The notes under the pieces are model-generated. The model saw only the letters and a program-made list of their open reading frames with translations. It searched no databases and was not told where the DNA came from. Position numbers and translations under genes: made by a program. Shown one piece after another: positions 1 through 9,090 of a stretch of DNA of 57,063 nucleotides (position 1 is its first letter; the number at the start of each line of letters is the position of its first letter). The DNA comes from an uncultured Bacilli bacterium (lineage in GTDB: Bacteria; Bacillota_I; Bacilli_A; RF39; UBA660): NCBI GenBank assembly GCA_947623665.1, contig CANQHJ010000001.1, positions 1 to 57,063 of the forward strand. The letters are read 5' to 3'.

Positions 1-96
1 AACATCAATAATCTAAAACAATGTACGGGAACTTAGTCATAAAAACGCTAATATCGTACACTTTTTGGCGTGCTTTGTTTTCAAAAACACGACTAT

Positions 97-125
97 ATAT
101 TATCACATTTTTACCATTTTGTAAA
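97..125 (-). promoter_or_regulatory. Sigma-A-type promoter firing leftward out of the window: TTTACA, 17-nt spacer, TGaTAATAT
   Basis: The minus strand reads TTTACA (125..120), a 17-nt spacer ending in TGA, then TAATAT (102..97). At least 90 nt follow with no RBS-led ORF, which suggests a leader RNA for a gene beyond position 1. Confidence 0.4.
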
Positions 126-299
126 TTTTAAAAAGAAAAAATCCCTTTAACTTTGGGAATTTTCTCTTACTATTTTTATTTTTTATAAAAATGGGAACTT
201 CTAATAAAATTCAGTCATTTATTTTTCTATAAAGCATATATTTTTATACATTAAAATGAGATATAAAAACACATTTTATAACAAAACAAACTTCACTAT

Positions 300-346
300 G
301 TAAAAAACAAAGTAAACAACTACTACAAATGTAAAGTTATTTACTT
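300..346 (-). terminator. Rho-independent terminator of ychF
   Basis: On the minus strand AAGTAAATAAC pairs with GTTGTTTACTT (11 bp with one G-U pair, 15-nt loop). TGTTTTTT follows, just after the ychF stop codon. Confidence 0.6.
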
Positions 347-366
347 ATACTTTCTTATATATAATA

Positions 367-1467
367 TTAAACATTAAAACGAAAATGACAAATATCCCCA
401 TCTTGCATTAAATAATCTTTTCCTTCAAGTCTTGCTTTTCCTGCTTCTTTAACAGCAATTTCACTACCACAAGATATTAAATCATTATATGACATTACTT
501 CCGCTCTTATAAAACCTCTTTCAAAGTCAGTATGAATAATACCTGCACATTGTTTAGCATTCATACCTTTTTTAAAAGTCCACGCTCTAACCTCGTCTTT
601 TCCAACAGTAAAATAAGTTGCAAGTCCTAACAAATCATATGTTGCTTGAATTAAATCGTCAAGACCAGAAGTTTGCATATCTAAGCCTTCAAGCAATTCT
701 TTCTTTTCATCATCTTCTAGTTCAGATAAATCTTCTTCCAATTTAGCACAAACTACTACTACTTTAGCATCTTCTTTTTTTGCATAATCTCTAACTTGCT
801 TAATATATTCATTATCTCCTTTACCTATCATATCCTCCGAGATATTCGTAATATATATTATAGGTTTGATAGTCAAAAAATTATATGATTTTAAAGCAAT
901 TTTTTCTTCATCGGTAAATTCAACCAACCTTAAAGGTTTATTTTCTTCTAATGCGTCTTTTGCTTTTTCTAAAGCATCAAGTTCCATAAGTTCTTCTTTA
1001 CCTTTAGTAGTCCTTGCCTTTTTTGATACTTTATCAAGTCTATTTTGAATAATTTCCAAATCAGCAATAGCAAGTTCTAAATTAATAGTCTCAATATCTC
1101 TAATTGGATTTATCTCTCCATCAACATGAATAATATTACCATCATCAAAACATCTGACAACTTCAACTATAGCATCCACCTCACGTATATGAGATAAAAA
1201 TTTATTACCTAAACCTTCTCCAGTAGATGCACCTTTTACAAGTCCTGCAATATCAGTAAACTCATAAGTAGTAGGTATTTTCTTTTTAGGTTGGTACATA
1301 TCATTCAATTTTTCTATTCTATCATCTGGTACTATAACCACTCCCACATTTGGATCGATAGTAGCAAAAGGATAGTTCTCTGCAAGTATTTTTTGTTTTG
1401 TAATTGCATTAAATAAAGTAGATTTTCCTACATTAGGAAGTCCAATAATTCCTGCACATAAACTCAT
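367..1467 (-). CDS. ychF: Ribosome-binding ATPase YchF
   Basis: N-terminus MSLCAGIIGLPNVGKSTLFNAIT contains a P-loop, and the C-terminus has the YchF-type TGS-like end ...DGDICHFRFNV. The ATG at 1467 is preceded by a GAGGG RBS. The 43 extra upstream codons in the track ORF overlap the neighbouring gene and were discarded. Confidence 0.93.
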   Translation of the reverse strand: MSLCAGIIGLPNVGKSTLFNAITKQKILAENYPFATIDPNVGVVIVPDDRIEKLNDMYQPKKKIPTTYEFTDIAGLVKGASTGEGLGNKFLSHIREVDAIVEVVRCFDDGNIIHVDGEINPIRDIETINLELAIADLEIIQNRLDKVSKKARTTKGKEELMELDALEKAKDALEENKPLRLVEFTDEEKIALKSYNFLTIKPIIYITNISEDMIGKGDNEYIKQVRDYAKKEDAKVVVVCAKLEEDLSELEDDEKKELLEGLDMQTSGLDDLIQATYDLLGLATYFTVGKDEVRAWTFKKGMNAKQCAGIIHTDFERGFIRAEVMSYNDLISCGSEIAVKEAGKARLEGKDYLMQDGDICHFRFNV

Positions 1468-1523
1468 ATTATCCCTCTTTTCTTTCTGTATTATATCAAG
1501 AAAAAAAGTGTATTTCAACACTT

Positions 1524-3125
1524 TTAAATTGTAGGATATACATTTGGTCCGATAGGAAGACCTATCAAATACCAGCCAAATATAATAACTAACCAAACAA
1601 TCACACTTACAAAAAAGTATGGCATAATCAGTTTTATTGCTTTTGTAATTATAATTGGTTTTGATTTATCACTATTATAAATATTCATATAACCCAAATA
1701 AATTGTAAAGGCAGCAAGTAACGGAGTAATCCCATTTGTCATAGAATCTGATGCTCTCATTATAAATTGAGCAAACTGTGGTGATACATTAGATTGCATC
1801 AATAATGGTACAACAACTGGTGAGAATATTTGCCATTTAATTGTTGGTGATGTTAAAAATAAATTAGAAATAGCAATAACAACAATAACCAAAATAATTA
1901 AAGGTATACCTGTAAAATTAAGTGATTGAACTAAATTAGCAAGACTACCAGCAATCACAGTACCAATTTCTGTTTTTTTAAATATTGCAATAAATTGAGA
2001 AGCAACAAACATAAGTAAAATAATACTACCTATTTTTTCAAAATTTGAAGTTGCTTTTTCTACTATATCTTTATCATTTTTAACACTTTTTGCACCTATT
2101 CCGTAAGCAAGTCCAACAAGTAAAAATAATAAACTCATCATAAATGTAAATCCATCCTGGAAATATGCGCTATCACCAAATATTTGATTTAAATATGTTT
2201 CCTGCTTCATATCCAATAATAAACCTGATTGTGGAAGATTAGGAATTAACATATAAATGAAAAGTGCAACAACTAAAAAACCAGTTATTAAAGCAAATCT
2301 TAAGCCACGTTTTTGATTTTTTTCTTTCTCTATTTTCCTTTGTTCAAACTCTTCAATATCAATAATATCAAGTTCTTGAGTTTTACTAAAATTTTTCTCT
2401 TCTTTGTAAGAACTTAATTTAGGAGCAATAAACTTCTCAATTGCAATAGTACCAAATATAGCTAGTGCAAACATACTAAATATAATTATAAATAAATTAG
2501 AACTTAAACTAATATGTGCAGTTTCATCTATTAAATGAGCAGCACCCATAGTATAAGGAATAAGTGAAACTTCCATTGACCCTATAAAAATAGAAACACC
2601 ATAACCAAATGCAACACCACAGAATGCTGTTATTATTCCAAGTAAAGGATTTCTTTTTAAAATAGCATAAATAATAGCAGAAAGTGGTATTAATATAGCA
2701 TAACCAACATCATTTATTAAAGATGAAAGTATACCCAAAAATAAAATAATAAAAGTAAGTTTGGGTTTATTAAGTTTTCTTAAATACTTCTTACTAAATG
2801 CTTCTAAAAAACCAGTAGCTTCACATACACTAATACCTATCAATGATATTAATAAACTAGCAAGTGGTGCAAAACTAACAAAGTTAGTAGTCCAATTACT
2901 AATTATATATTTCATACCATCAAAATTTAAAAGACTTTCCACAGAAACCATAGTAGTTTCCAAATCATTTATATTCTCATTTACTAATTGATAAGTACTT
3001 TGAAAACCTAATTTCTCAAAGATAGCACTCAATAATATTACAATAAAACTTAAGAAAAGAAATACTGTAATAGGATGAAAATAAAACTTTTTAAGCTTTA
3101 ATTTCCTTTTTTTTGATAACTTCAT
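1524..3125 (-). CDS. AbgT-family (p-aminobenzoyl-glutamate type) transporter
   Basis: 533-aa polytopic membrane protein. The N-terminal pattern FHPITVFLFL...NFVSFAPLASLL...GISVCEATGF is typical of the AbgT family. AGGAG RBS upstream of the ATG. Confidence 0.65.
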   Translation of the reverse strand: MKLSKKRKLKLKKFYFHPITVFLFLSFIVILLSAIFEKLGFQSTYQLVNENINDLETTMVSVESLLNFDGMKYIISNWTTNFVSFAPLASLLISLIGISVCEATGFLEAFSKKYLRKLNKPKLTFIILFLGILSSLINDVGYAILIPLSAIIYAILKRNPLLGIITAFCGVAFGYGVSIFIGSMEVSLIPYTMGAAHLIDETAHISLSSNLFIIIFSMFALAIFGTIAIEKFIAPKLSSYKEEKNFSKTQELDIIDIEEFEQRKIEKEKNQKRGLRFALITGFLVVALFIYMLIPNLPQSGLLLDMKQETYLNQIFGDSAYFQDGFTFMMSLLFLLVGLAYGIGAKSVKNDKDIVEKATSNFEKIGSIILLMFVASQFIAIFKKTEIGTVIAGSLANLVQSLNFTGIPLIILVIVVIAISNLFLTSPTIKWQIFSPVVVPLLMQSNVSPQFAQFIMRASDSMTNGITPLLAAFTIYLGYMNIYNSDKSKPIIITKAIKLIMPYFFVSVIVWLVIIFGWYLIGLPIGPNVYPTI

Positions 3126-3137
3126 ATTTAATCACTC

Positions 3138-3326
3138 CTAAGAGATTACTTTTTTTATTTTTTTATTAAATTCTATTCTAGGAAGCAAAATAGACCTTCC
3201 ACAATTTACACATCTTATTTTTATATCAGCACCCACTCTAGTTATTTCAAATTCATTTGTACCACAAGGATGCTGTTTCTTCATAACTACTTTACTACCT
3301 AATTTATAATCTATATTATTTTGCAT
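3138..3326 (-). CDS. DUF951 small zinc-ribbon-like protein (B. subtilis YyzM-like)
   Basis: MKKQHPCGTNEFEITRVGADIKIRCVNCGRSILLPR contains paired Cys motifs. The ATG at 3326 has a GAGGT RBS; the track ORF starts at an upstream TTG. Its position next to ychF and parB matches Bacillus. Confidence 0.7.
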   Translation of the reverse strand: MQNNIDYKLGSKVVMKKQHPCGTNEFEITRVGADIKIRCVNCGRSILLPRIEFNKKIKKVIS

Positions 3327-4131
3327 TATGTACCTCAATCTGATTATAAGGAATTTTTATTGAAGCATTTTTTAATACTTTCAAAACTTCCTTTCTCATA
3401 ATTCTTTGAATTTCATACTGCTTCATAGATTCAACTGGAGCAGTCATTCTATATACTACAGCACTTTCATCCAAATCGTCAATACCTAATATTTGAACTT
3501 CTCCTTTTAAATAATCTAAATTCTTAGTTAATTTTTTAGCAAGTTTGTTCAAAACTTTTTCTACTTCTTCTAAATTACTTTCATATGCAACCGAGAAATC
3601 TAAAATAGCAAGAGAATCATGAATATTATAATTAATAACTTTATTTATAGAATGGTTTGCAATAATCATAGTTGAACCATCAAAATTTTTTATTTTTGTT
3701 GATCTTAATCCGATAAACACAACCTCTCCCATAAAATCATCTATTTTAACAGTATCACCAATTTCATATTCATCATCTGTTATAATTGAAATCCCTGCAA
3801 TAATATCTTTTGCAGTATCTTGAAAAGCAAGACCTATTAAGGCAGCAGAAACACCAAGACCAGTAATTATACCATTAACATTAACTCCAAAAACAGATAA
3901 AATATAGAGTGCAACAAAAATATATACTATATATTTTGTAAAATTTATAAACATTGATTGCAATGTCTGCAATTTTTTCTTTTTATATTTGGATTTAGTT
4001 TTACTATTATTAATAGTAGAAATAATAAATTTTTTTATAAAATTATAAACACACATCCCAATTATTATACTTGTAAAACATGCTAGTATTTTTTCCAATA
4101 TAACTGTCAGTTCAATACCAAACACTGCCAT
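3316..4131 (-). CDS. Small-conductance mechanosensitive channel (MscS family)
   Basis: N-terminal TM helices followed by the MscS beta-domain motif GDTVKIDDFMGEVVFIGLRSTKIKNFDGSTMIIANHSI. ATG at 4131; the track ORF starts at a GTG at 4143. Confidence 0.8.
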   Translation of the reverse strand: MAVFGIELTVILEKILACFTSIIIGMCVYNFIKKFIISTINNSKTKSKYKKKKLQTLQSMFINFTKYIVYIFVALYILSVFGVNVNGIITGLGVSAALIGLAFQDTAKDIIAGISIITDDEYEIGDTVKIDDFMGEVVFIGLRSTKIKNFDGSTMIIANHSINKVINYNIHDSLAILDFSVAYESNLEEVEKVLNKLAKKLTKNLDYLKGEVQILGIDDLDESAVVYRMTAPVESMKQYEIQRIMRKEVLKVLKNASIKIPYNQIEVHNAK

Positions 4132-4145
4132 ATTATCACCCACTT

Positions 4146-5033
4146 TTAATTAGTCAAATTCATAATTTCTAACAATCTATTTAAATCATTCTGATTCACA
4201 AACTGAATTTCTAAACGATTATTCTTAATCTTTACTTTTGTTCCTAATTGTTCACATAAAGTATCTTCCAAATATTTATATTCTGATGAAATTTTCTTTT
4301 TAGGAGTTGCTATTTTATTTTTTCTTACAAATTCTTCTTCCTTACTAGTAGCATCTTCTAGTTGTCTAACACTAAGTCCGTCATTAATTATTTTTTCTGC
4401 CAAAGATTTAATTTGATCCTCTTTTTCTAACTTACTAAGAACTCTAGCATGCCCCATACTAATTTTCTTTTCTGCTATTAAATCTTTTACAGAAGAAGGA
4501 AGATTAAGAAGTCCTATCATATTAGTAATATGGCTTCTACTTTTACCCAGCCTCTTAGCAAGTGCTTCTTGAGTTATTTTTAAATGATCCAACATTTTTC
4601 TATAAGCTACTGCTTCTTCTATAGCAGTCAAATTTTCTCTTTGCAAATTTTCAAGTAAGGCAATTTCCATCATTTCATCATCTGTAAAATTGCGAACAAT
4701 TGCAGGAATTTCTTTAAGACCAGCAATTGATGATGCCTTAACTCTTCTCTCACCTGCTATTATTTCATAACCTTTAATACTTTTTTTAACAATTATAGGT
4801 TGAAAAACACCATGTTCTTTTATAGATTCAGCTAACTCTTTTAATGCCTCTTTATCAAAATTTTGACGAGGTTGATATGGATTACTACGTAAATCAGATA
4901 TATTTACCTTAACAATAGATTCTTTTGGAGTTTCCGTAATAATTTTCTCTTCTACTTTATTAAAATCTAACGGTTCATTAGAGAATAATTCTTCTAAACC
5001 TCGACCTAAAGCCTTTCTCTTATTATTTTCCAT
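4146..5033 (-). CDS. parB: Chromosome partitioning protein ParB/Spo0J
   Basis: ParB box (GERRVKAS) and HTH GKSRSHITNMIGLLNLP...MGHAR (ParB type). The start overlaps the parA stop. ATG at 5033; the track ORF starts at a TTG at 5042. Confidence 0.92.
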   Translation of the reverse strand: MENNKRKALGRGLEELFSNEPLDFNKVEEKIITETPKESIVKVNISDLRSNPYQPRQNFDKEALKELAESIKEHGVFQPIIVKKSIKGYEIIAGERRVKASSIAGLKEIPAIVRNFTDDEMMEIALLENLQRENLTAIEEAVAYRKMLDHLKITQEALAKRLGKSRSHITNMIGLLNLPSSVKDLIAEKKISMGHARVLSKLEKEDQIKSLAEKIINDGLSVRQLEDATSKEEEFVRKNKIATPKKKISSEYKYLEDTLCEQLGTKVKIKNNRLEIQFVNQNDLNRLLEIMNLTN

Positions 5034-5808
5034 TTCTTTCAATCACTTCCTTAGCTAAATTTATATAAGCTTCACTACCTCTACTCTTTGGATCATATGC
5101 TATAATTGGTTCACCATGAGAAGGAGCTTCAGTAAGTCTAATCAACCTAGGAATAATAGTATTATAAACTCTTTCCTTAAAGAACTTTCTAATATCGTCT
5201 ACTACTTCAAAACCTAAATTTGTTCTAGCATCTAACATAGTAAGAAGTACTCCTTCTATATCTAAATCATGATTCAACTTATTTTGTGCCATCATAATAG
5301 AATTCAACAGTTGCATAATACCTTCTAATGCAAAGAACTCACATTGAACAGGAATTATTACTGAATCTGATGCAGTAAGTGCATTAGTAGTAATTATTCC
5401 AAGTGATGGTGGACAATCAATAATTATATAATCAAAAGAATCCTTTATAGTATCTAAATGTTTTTTTAATTGCGTACCTCTAGAAAAACCTTTGGTATTA
5501 ATTTCTTTTTCCATCAGTTCAAAATCAAGTCCAGCTAAATTAAGTGTTGCTGGAATAACATATAATTTTTTATATTTAGTCTTAATAATTGCTTCATTAA
5601 TAGAACATTTAGAAACTAAAACTTCATAAATACTATTTTCAAAATCTACTTTATTAATACCAACACCAGTTGTAGTATTTCCTTGTGGATCTAAATCTAT
5701 AAGTAGAACTTTTTTTCCAAGTAAAGCTAAAGATGCTGAAAGGTTTATACTTGTTGTGGTTTTACCTACTCCACCTTTTTGATTTACTAAAGATATTACT
5801 TTACCCAT
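5023..5808 (-). CDS. parA: Chromosome partitioning ATPase ParA/Soj
   Basis: Deviant Walker A motif in VNQKGGVGKTTTSINL. Full-length ParA-like sequence of 261 aa. Confidence 0.93.
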   Translation of the reverse strand: MGKVISLVNQKGGVGKTTTSINLSASLALLGKKVLLIDLDPQGNTTTGVGINKVDFENSIYEVLVSKCSINEAIIKTKYKKLYVIPATLNLAGLDFELMEKEINTKGFSRGTQLKKHLDTIKDSFDYIIIDCPPSLGIITTNALTASDSVIIPVQCEFFALEGIMQLLNSIMMAQNKLNHDLDIEGVLLTMLDARTNLGFEVVDDIRKFFKERVYNTIIPRLIRLTEAPSHGEPIIAYDPKSRGSEAYINLAKEVIERNGK

Positions 5809-5906
5809 ACATACCTCACCTTTCTTTTCTACTTACAATATTGTACCAAAAAATGAAATATTTTGAAATGCTTTTGAAGAAAAAAATTAAGTTTATATAT
5901 AAGCAT

Positions 5907-5939
5907 CAAAAAAATGACATACTAATTTTATTATGTCAT
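5907..5939 (-). terminator. Hairpin terminator after noc (T-runs on both strands)
   Basis: ATGACATA pairs with TATGTCAT around a 10-nt loop. The stem is flanked by an A-run on one side and a T-run on the other. Confidence 0.6.
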
Positions 5940-5949
5940 TTTTATTTAT

Positions 5950-7533
5950 TTACTTTTCCTCATCATTAGGAAACTTTTGGATTTTAATAACAATTTGATA
6001 TGAATTTTCAAAATTCATTTCATCAGTATCTATTTTTAAATTTTCATTTTCCAATCTTCTAACTGTATCACGTATAGCATTAATTCCAGATTGAACATCA
6101 GAATTCATTGGTTTTTTTTGTTTATTTTTTTCTTGTTCTTCTTTTATTTCTGGATATGCATCTTCTCTTAAAGCATTACGATACGTACTTGCATTAATAG
6201 CACTAGAATTCATCATATTTGCTTTATTTTTTATCTCAAAATCTTCAATAGTTGGAGTTTTAAATAATGTCTCATCAAAATTCATAATATCAGGCTCTTT
6301 TTTATTACTATTATTATCTGGAATTTTCATATTATCATAATCATCTGAATCATCTTCAAATGAATCATCATTTAAATCATCTGTCTCATCAGTAATATCA
6401 AAATCATCATTATCTTTAGAAACATCTCGTACTTTTTCTTCTTTAGCTGGATGAATATTTAACAAGCTATCTAAAGAAGTTACAGAAGAATCATTATCCT
6501 GCTGTGGAACATTTCCTTTTATAAACTCATCATCAAAAAAGTTATTTTCATCAACTTTAGGAGATGTAAAATCAATATTTTTCTGAGAAGAACCATCTTC
6601 ATCAGTACCTGAGTCTTCCTCTCCATAATCAATAAGACTAGGCTTTTCTAATGTATCAAATGATAAATCATCATTTATTTTTCTATTTCCAACATTCTCT
6701 GTTCCACCCAATTGTGGATTAAAAGCAGCACCATCACGTTCTTCTACAGTTTCATTATTCAACTCCTTATTAACATCATCAAAATTAATCATTGTATCAG
6801 GAATAGGAGGAACATGATGACTATCTTCTGTCTGAGGAATATTATCAAAAGAATCAAATTTAAAATCCGTATTATCATCTTCTGTCTTTATTTCTTCTTT
6901 TGGAACTTCCATATTCATCTCATTTTGCATATCTTGTCCATGTTTTATTAATCTTTCTAATTCTCTCACAGTAATACGTTCTTGAATTACTTTTTTTACT
7001 AATTTTTCTTGTTCTTCTTTATCATGGACAGCAAGTAAAGTTCTAGCATGTCTTTCAGAAATCTTTGCTTCTAAAAGAGCATTCTGTACTGCATCTGATA
7101 ATGATAATAAACGTAACTTATTAGCAACTGCAGATTGACTTTTTCCCATAGTTTTTGCAAGCTCTTCTTGTGTCATCTGATCAATCTCTAAAATTTTCTG
7201 ATAAGTTTTAGCTTCTTCAATAGGATTTAGATTTTTTCTTTGTAAATTCTCAAGTAATGCCACTTTAGAACTTTCTTTATCATCTAAATTACGAATTATT
7301 GCAGGTATCTTTGTAAGTCCTGCTTTGGCAGAAGCTTTATATCTTCTCTCACCAGCAATTATCTCATATTTCTCACCATTTTTACGAACAATTATAGGCT
7401 GAATAACACCATGTTCCTTTATAGAAACAGCAAGTTCTTTTAAAGACCTTTCATCAAATAATTCTCTAGGCTGAAAACGATTAGGGATTATATCATCTAA
7501 ATATAAATATACAACTTCATTTTCTGAATGCAT
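5950..7533 (-). CDS. noc: Nucleoid occlusion protein Noc (ParB paralogue) with a long acidic insertion
   Basis: N-terminal ParB domain (IIPNRFQPR, GERRYKAS). Noc-type HTH GKSQSAVANKLRLL...ERHAR. The C-terminus NAIRDTVRRLENENLKIDTDEMNFENSYQIVIKIQK resembles the B. subtilis Noc C-terminus as I recall it. The start is ambiguous: ATG at 7533 (GGGTGA RBS) or TTG at 7560. Confidence 0.8.
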   Translation of the reverse strand: MHSENEVVYLYLDDIIPNRFQPRELFDERSLKELAVSIKEHGVIQPIIVRKNGEKYEIIAGERRYKASAKAGLTKIPAIIRNLDDKESSKVALLENLQRKNLNPIEEAKTYQKILEIDQMTQEELAKTMGKSQSAVANKLRLLSLSDAVQNALLEAKISERHARTLLAVHDKEEQEKLVKKVIQERITVRELERLIKHGQDMQNEMNMEVPKEEIKTEDDNTDFKFDSFDNIPQTEDSHHVPPIPDTMINFDDVNKELNNETVEERDGAAFNPQLGGTENVGNRKINDDLSFDTLEKPSLIDYGEEDSGTDEDGSSQKNIDFTSPKVDENNFFDDEFIKGNVPQQDNDSSVTSLDSLLNIHPAKEEKVRDVSKDNDDFDITDETDDLNDDSFEDDSDDYDNMKIPDNNSNKKEPDIMNFDETLFKTPTIEDFEIKNKANMMNSSAINASTYRNALREDAYPEIKEEQEKNKQKKPMNSDVQSGINAIRDTVRRLENENLKIDTDEMNFENSYQIVIKIQKFPNDEEK

Positions 7534-7610
7534 AAGATCACCCACTTTTTTTCTTTTCAAAGCAATAGGTCCAATTACCTATTATCAATATACATTATAT
7601 CATTAAATAA

Positions 7611-7649
7611 CAAAAAATTACAATAAAATTTATTACTTTTATTGTAATT
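7611..7649 (-). terminator. Rho-independent terminator of spoVG
   Basis: 13-bp perfect stem AATTACAATAAAA / TTTTATTGTAATT with an 8-nt loop, followed by TTTT on the minus strand. Confidence 0.75.
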
Positions 7650-7666
7650 GACAAAAAAAGAAGATT

Positions 7667-7954
7667 TTACTCTTCTTCTGTTTCTTCTTCATGAGGCTCT
7701 TCTGCTTCATTATAAGCATTAATAACTGCTTCTTCAAACATTGCTCTCACTTCTGGATTTATAGGATGTGCAATATCACGATATCCTCCTGTTGCAGTCT
7801 TACGACTAGGCATAGCAATAAATAAACCATTATCACCTTCAATAATACGAATATCATGAACTGCAAAACTATCATCTAATAATACTGATGCAATTCCTTT
7901 CATACGAGATCCTTCTTTTTCGATCTTACGTACATTAACTGATGTAATTTTCAT
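7667..7954 (-). CDS. spoVG: Septation/sporulation regulator SpoVG
   Basis: [11 protein letters not shown]...[34 protein letters not shown]...RDIAHPIN closely matches SpoVG. Confidence 0.95.
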   Translation of the reverse strand: MKITSVNVRKIEKEGSRMKGIASVLLDDSFAVHDIRIIEGDNGLFIAMPSRKTATGGYRDIAHPINPEVRAMFEEAVINAYNEAEEPHEEETEEE

Positions 7955-8039
7955 CTTTTGTCCTCCTTTAGCATTTAATCTTTATAATAATATTTTATAC
8001 CAAATATATATAAAATGCAACAATTTTTGATAAAATTAC

Positions 8040-8258
8040 TCAATCAATGATTTCTAAGTTTTCAATCAAAATATCACTGTAGGTAAATGATTTTATTCTA
8101 TTATCTTGTGTTTTTGTCTCTATAATAAAAACAGCAGGATATATATCTATTATTCTACCTTCAAATTCTTCAGTTTGATTCCTTGCACCATTAAACTTAA
8201 ACTTTAATAATTTTCCCTTTTTCTTTTCCATCTCATTTCTTATTTTTTCAACATTCAT
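8040..8258 (-). CDS. veg: Veg protein (biofilm-associated small protein)
   Basis: KFKFNGARNQTEEFEGRIIDIYPAVFIIE...SFTYSDIL resembles B. subtilis Veg. The yabG-veg order matches Bacillus. The start overlaps the yabG stop (ATGA). Confidence 0.85.
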   Translation of the reverse strand: MNVEKIRNEMEKKKGKLLKFKFNGARNQTEEFEGRIIDIYPAVFIIETKTQDNRIKSFTYSDILIENLEIID

Positions 8259-9043
8259 CTAGGAAACCCCACATACATAGTTCCATTAGTAATAATACCA
8301 CCTATTCCGTTTGCACCATATTTTGTTTTTTCTATCATACTAAATAAATCTATACTTTTATTTTTTTCAGATAAAGCAATTGAACTAGCAATAATTGCTG
8401 GATCTAAAGCATGAATATTTATTCTTTTTGGACTTGATGCAAAGTTTGCCCCTGATTTTATAAGTTGTTCATAATTTGATTGACAAGCACCAGCTATTAT
8501 AATAAGTTTATCTTGACTTTTTTCATATTTTCGAGCCTCTTTAATAGCATCAACAAAATTTTTACTATTTTGGTAATTATTAATATCTTCCATATCATTT
8601 TTCCGTCTATAATAAGCATCATGCCCCGTTATAACCACAATATCAGGTTTATATTTTTCTAAATAATTTCTAATTTCCATTGGCATAGCATTTTCTTTTA
8701 AATCAACACCATAAGCTTTAACTTTTATATCTTTATAAAAATTTAAACATCTTTCTAAATATTCCTGATCTCCATCTATATGTAAAATAGTACCTGGTAT
8801 ATAAAAATATTGACTTCTATCTAAATTTATATCTTTTTTATTTTCCTCAATAATTTTTCTATCATTTTTAACATAATCAATTTTTTCATCAACTTCCTTT
8901 AAATCATCTATATCACTATCAGCATAAAGTCTTAAGTCAACTCCTTTTAATATAGCAATACCTTTATTAATTTCTAAAATTTTAAAAATAATATCATTGT
9001 TATGGGAATTACGACTTACTAAATCACCAACTCTAAAATTCAT
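8255..9043 (-). CDS. yabG: Sporulation-specific peptidase YabG
   Basis: MNFRVGDLVSRNSHNNDIIFKILEI... resembles the YabG N-terminus, and the C-terminal half is conserved. The ATG at 9043 lies 9 nt downstream of GGAG. The rsmA-yabG-veg order matches Bacillus. Confidence 0.85.
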   Translation of the reverse strand: MNFRVGDLVSRNSHNNDIIFKILEINKGIAILKGVDLRLYADSDIDDLKEVDEKIDYVKNDRKIIEENKKDINLDRSQYFYIPGTILHIDGDQEYLERCLNFYKDIKVKAYGVDLKENAMPMEIRNYLEKYKPDIVVITGHDAYYRRKNDMEDINNYQNSKNFVDAIKEARKYEKSQDKLIIIAGACQSNYEQLIKSGANFASSPKRINIHALDPAIIASSIALSEKNKSIDLFSMIEKTKYGANGIGGIITNGTMYVGFPR

Positions 9044-9090
9044 ATTCCTCATCTCCAAAAAATTATATGAAAACAAAAAATAAAATATTA

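Noticed and set aside
1468-1596. 43-codon N-terminal extension of the ychF ORF in the track; similar TTG/GTG-started extensions occur for parB, mscS, DUF951, noc, sipW, tatD, mfd, dnaX, tadA, jag and cysS
   Set aside because: The extensions lack homology-like sequence, overlap neighbouring genes, and begin at non-ATG codons without an RBS. Internal ATGs with GGAGG-like RBSs match the known family N-termini.
5733-5969. 78-aa plus-strand ORF spanning the parA-noc intergenic region
   Set aside because: It overlaps the parA 5' end and the noc terminator, has no RBS, and has a hydrophobic low-complexity composition typical of random frames in AT-rich DNA.
8255-8257. Mollicute-type genetic code (UGA = Trp), considered because of the very low GC content and the small SRP RNA
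   Set aside because: TGA works as a stop codon at conserved protein ends, for example yabG here and the cassette genes at 10473 and 11165. Trp is encoded by TGG. All conserved genes are full length under the standard bacterial code.
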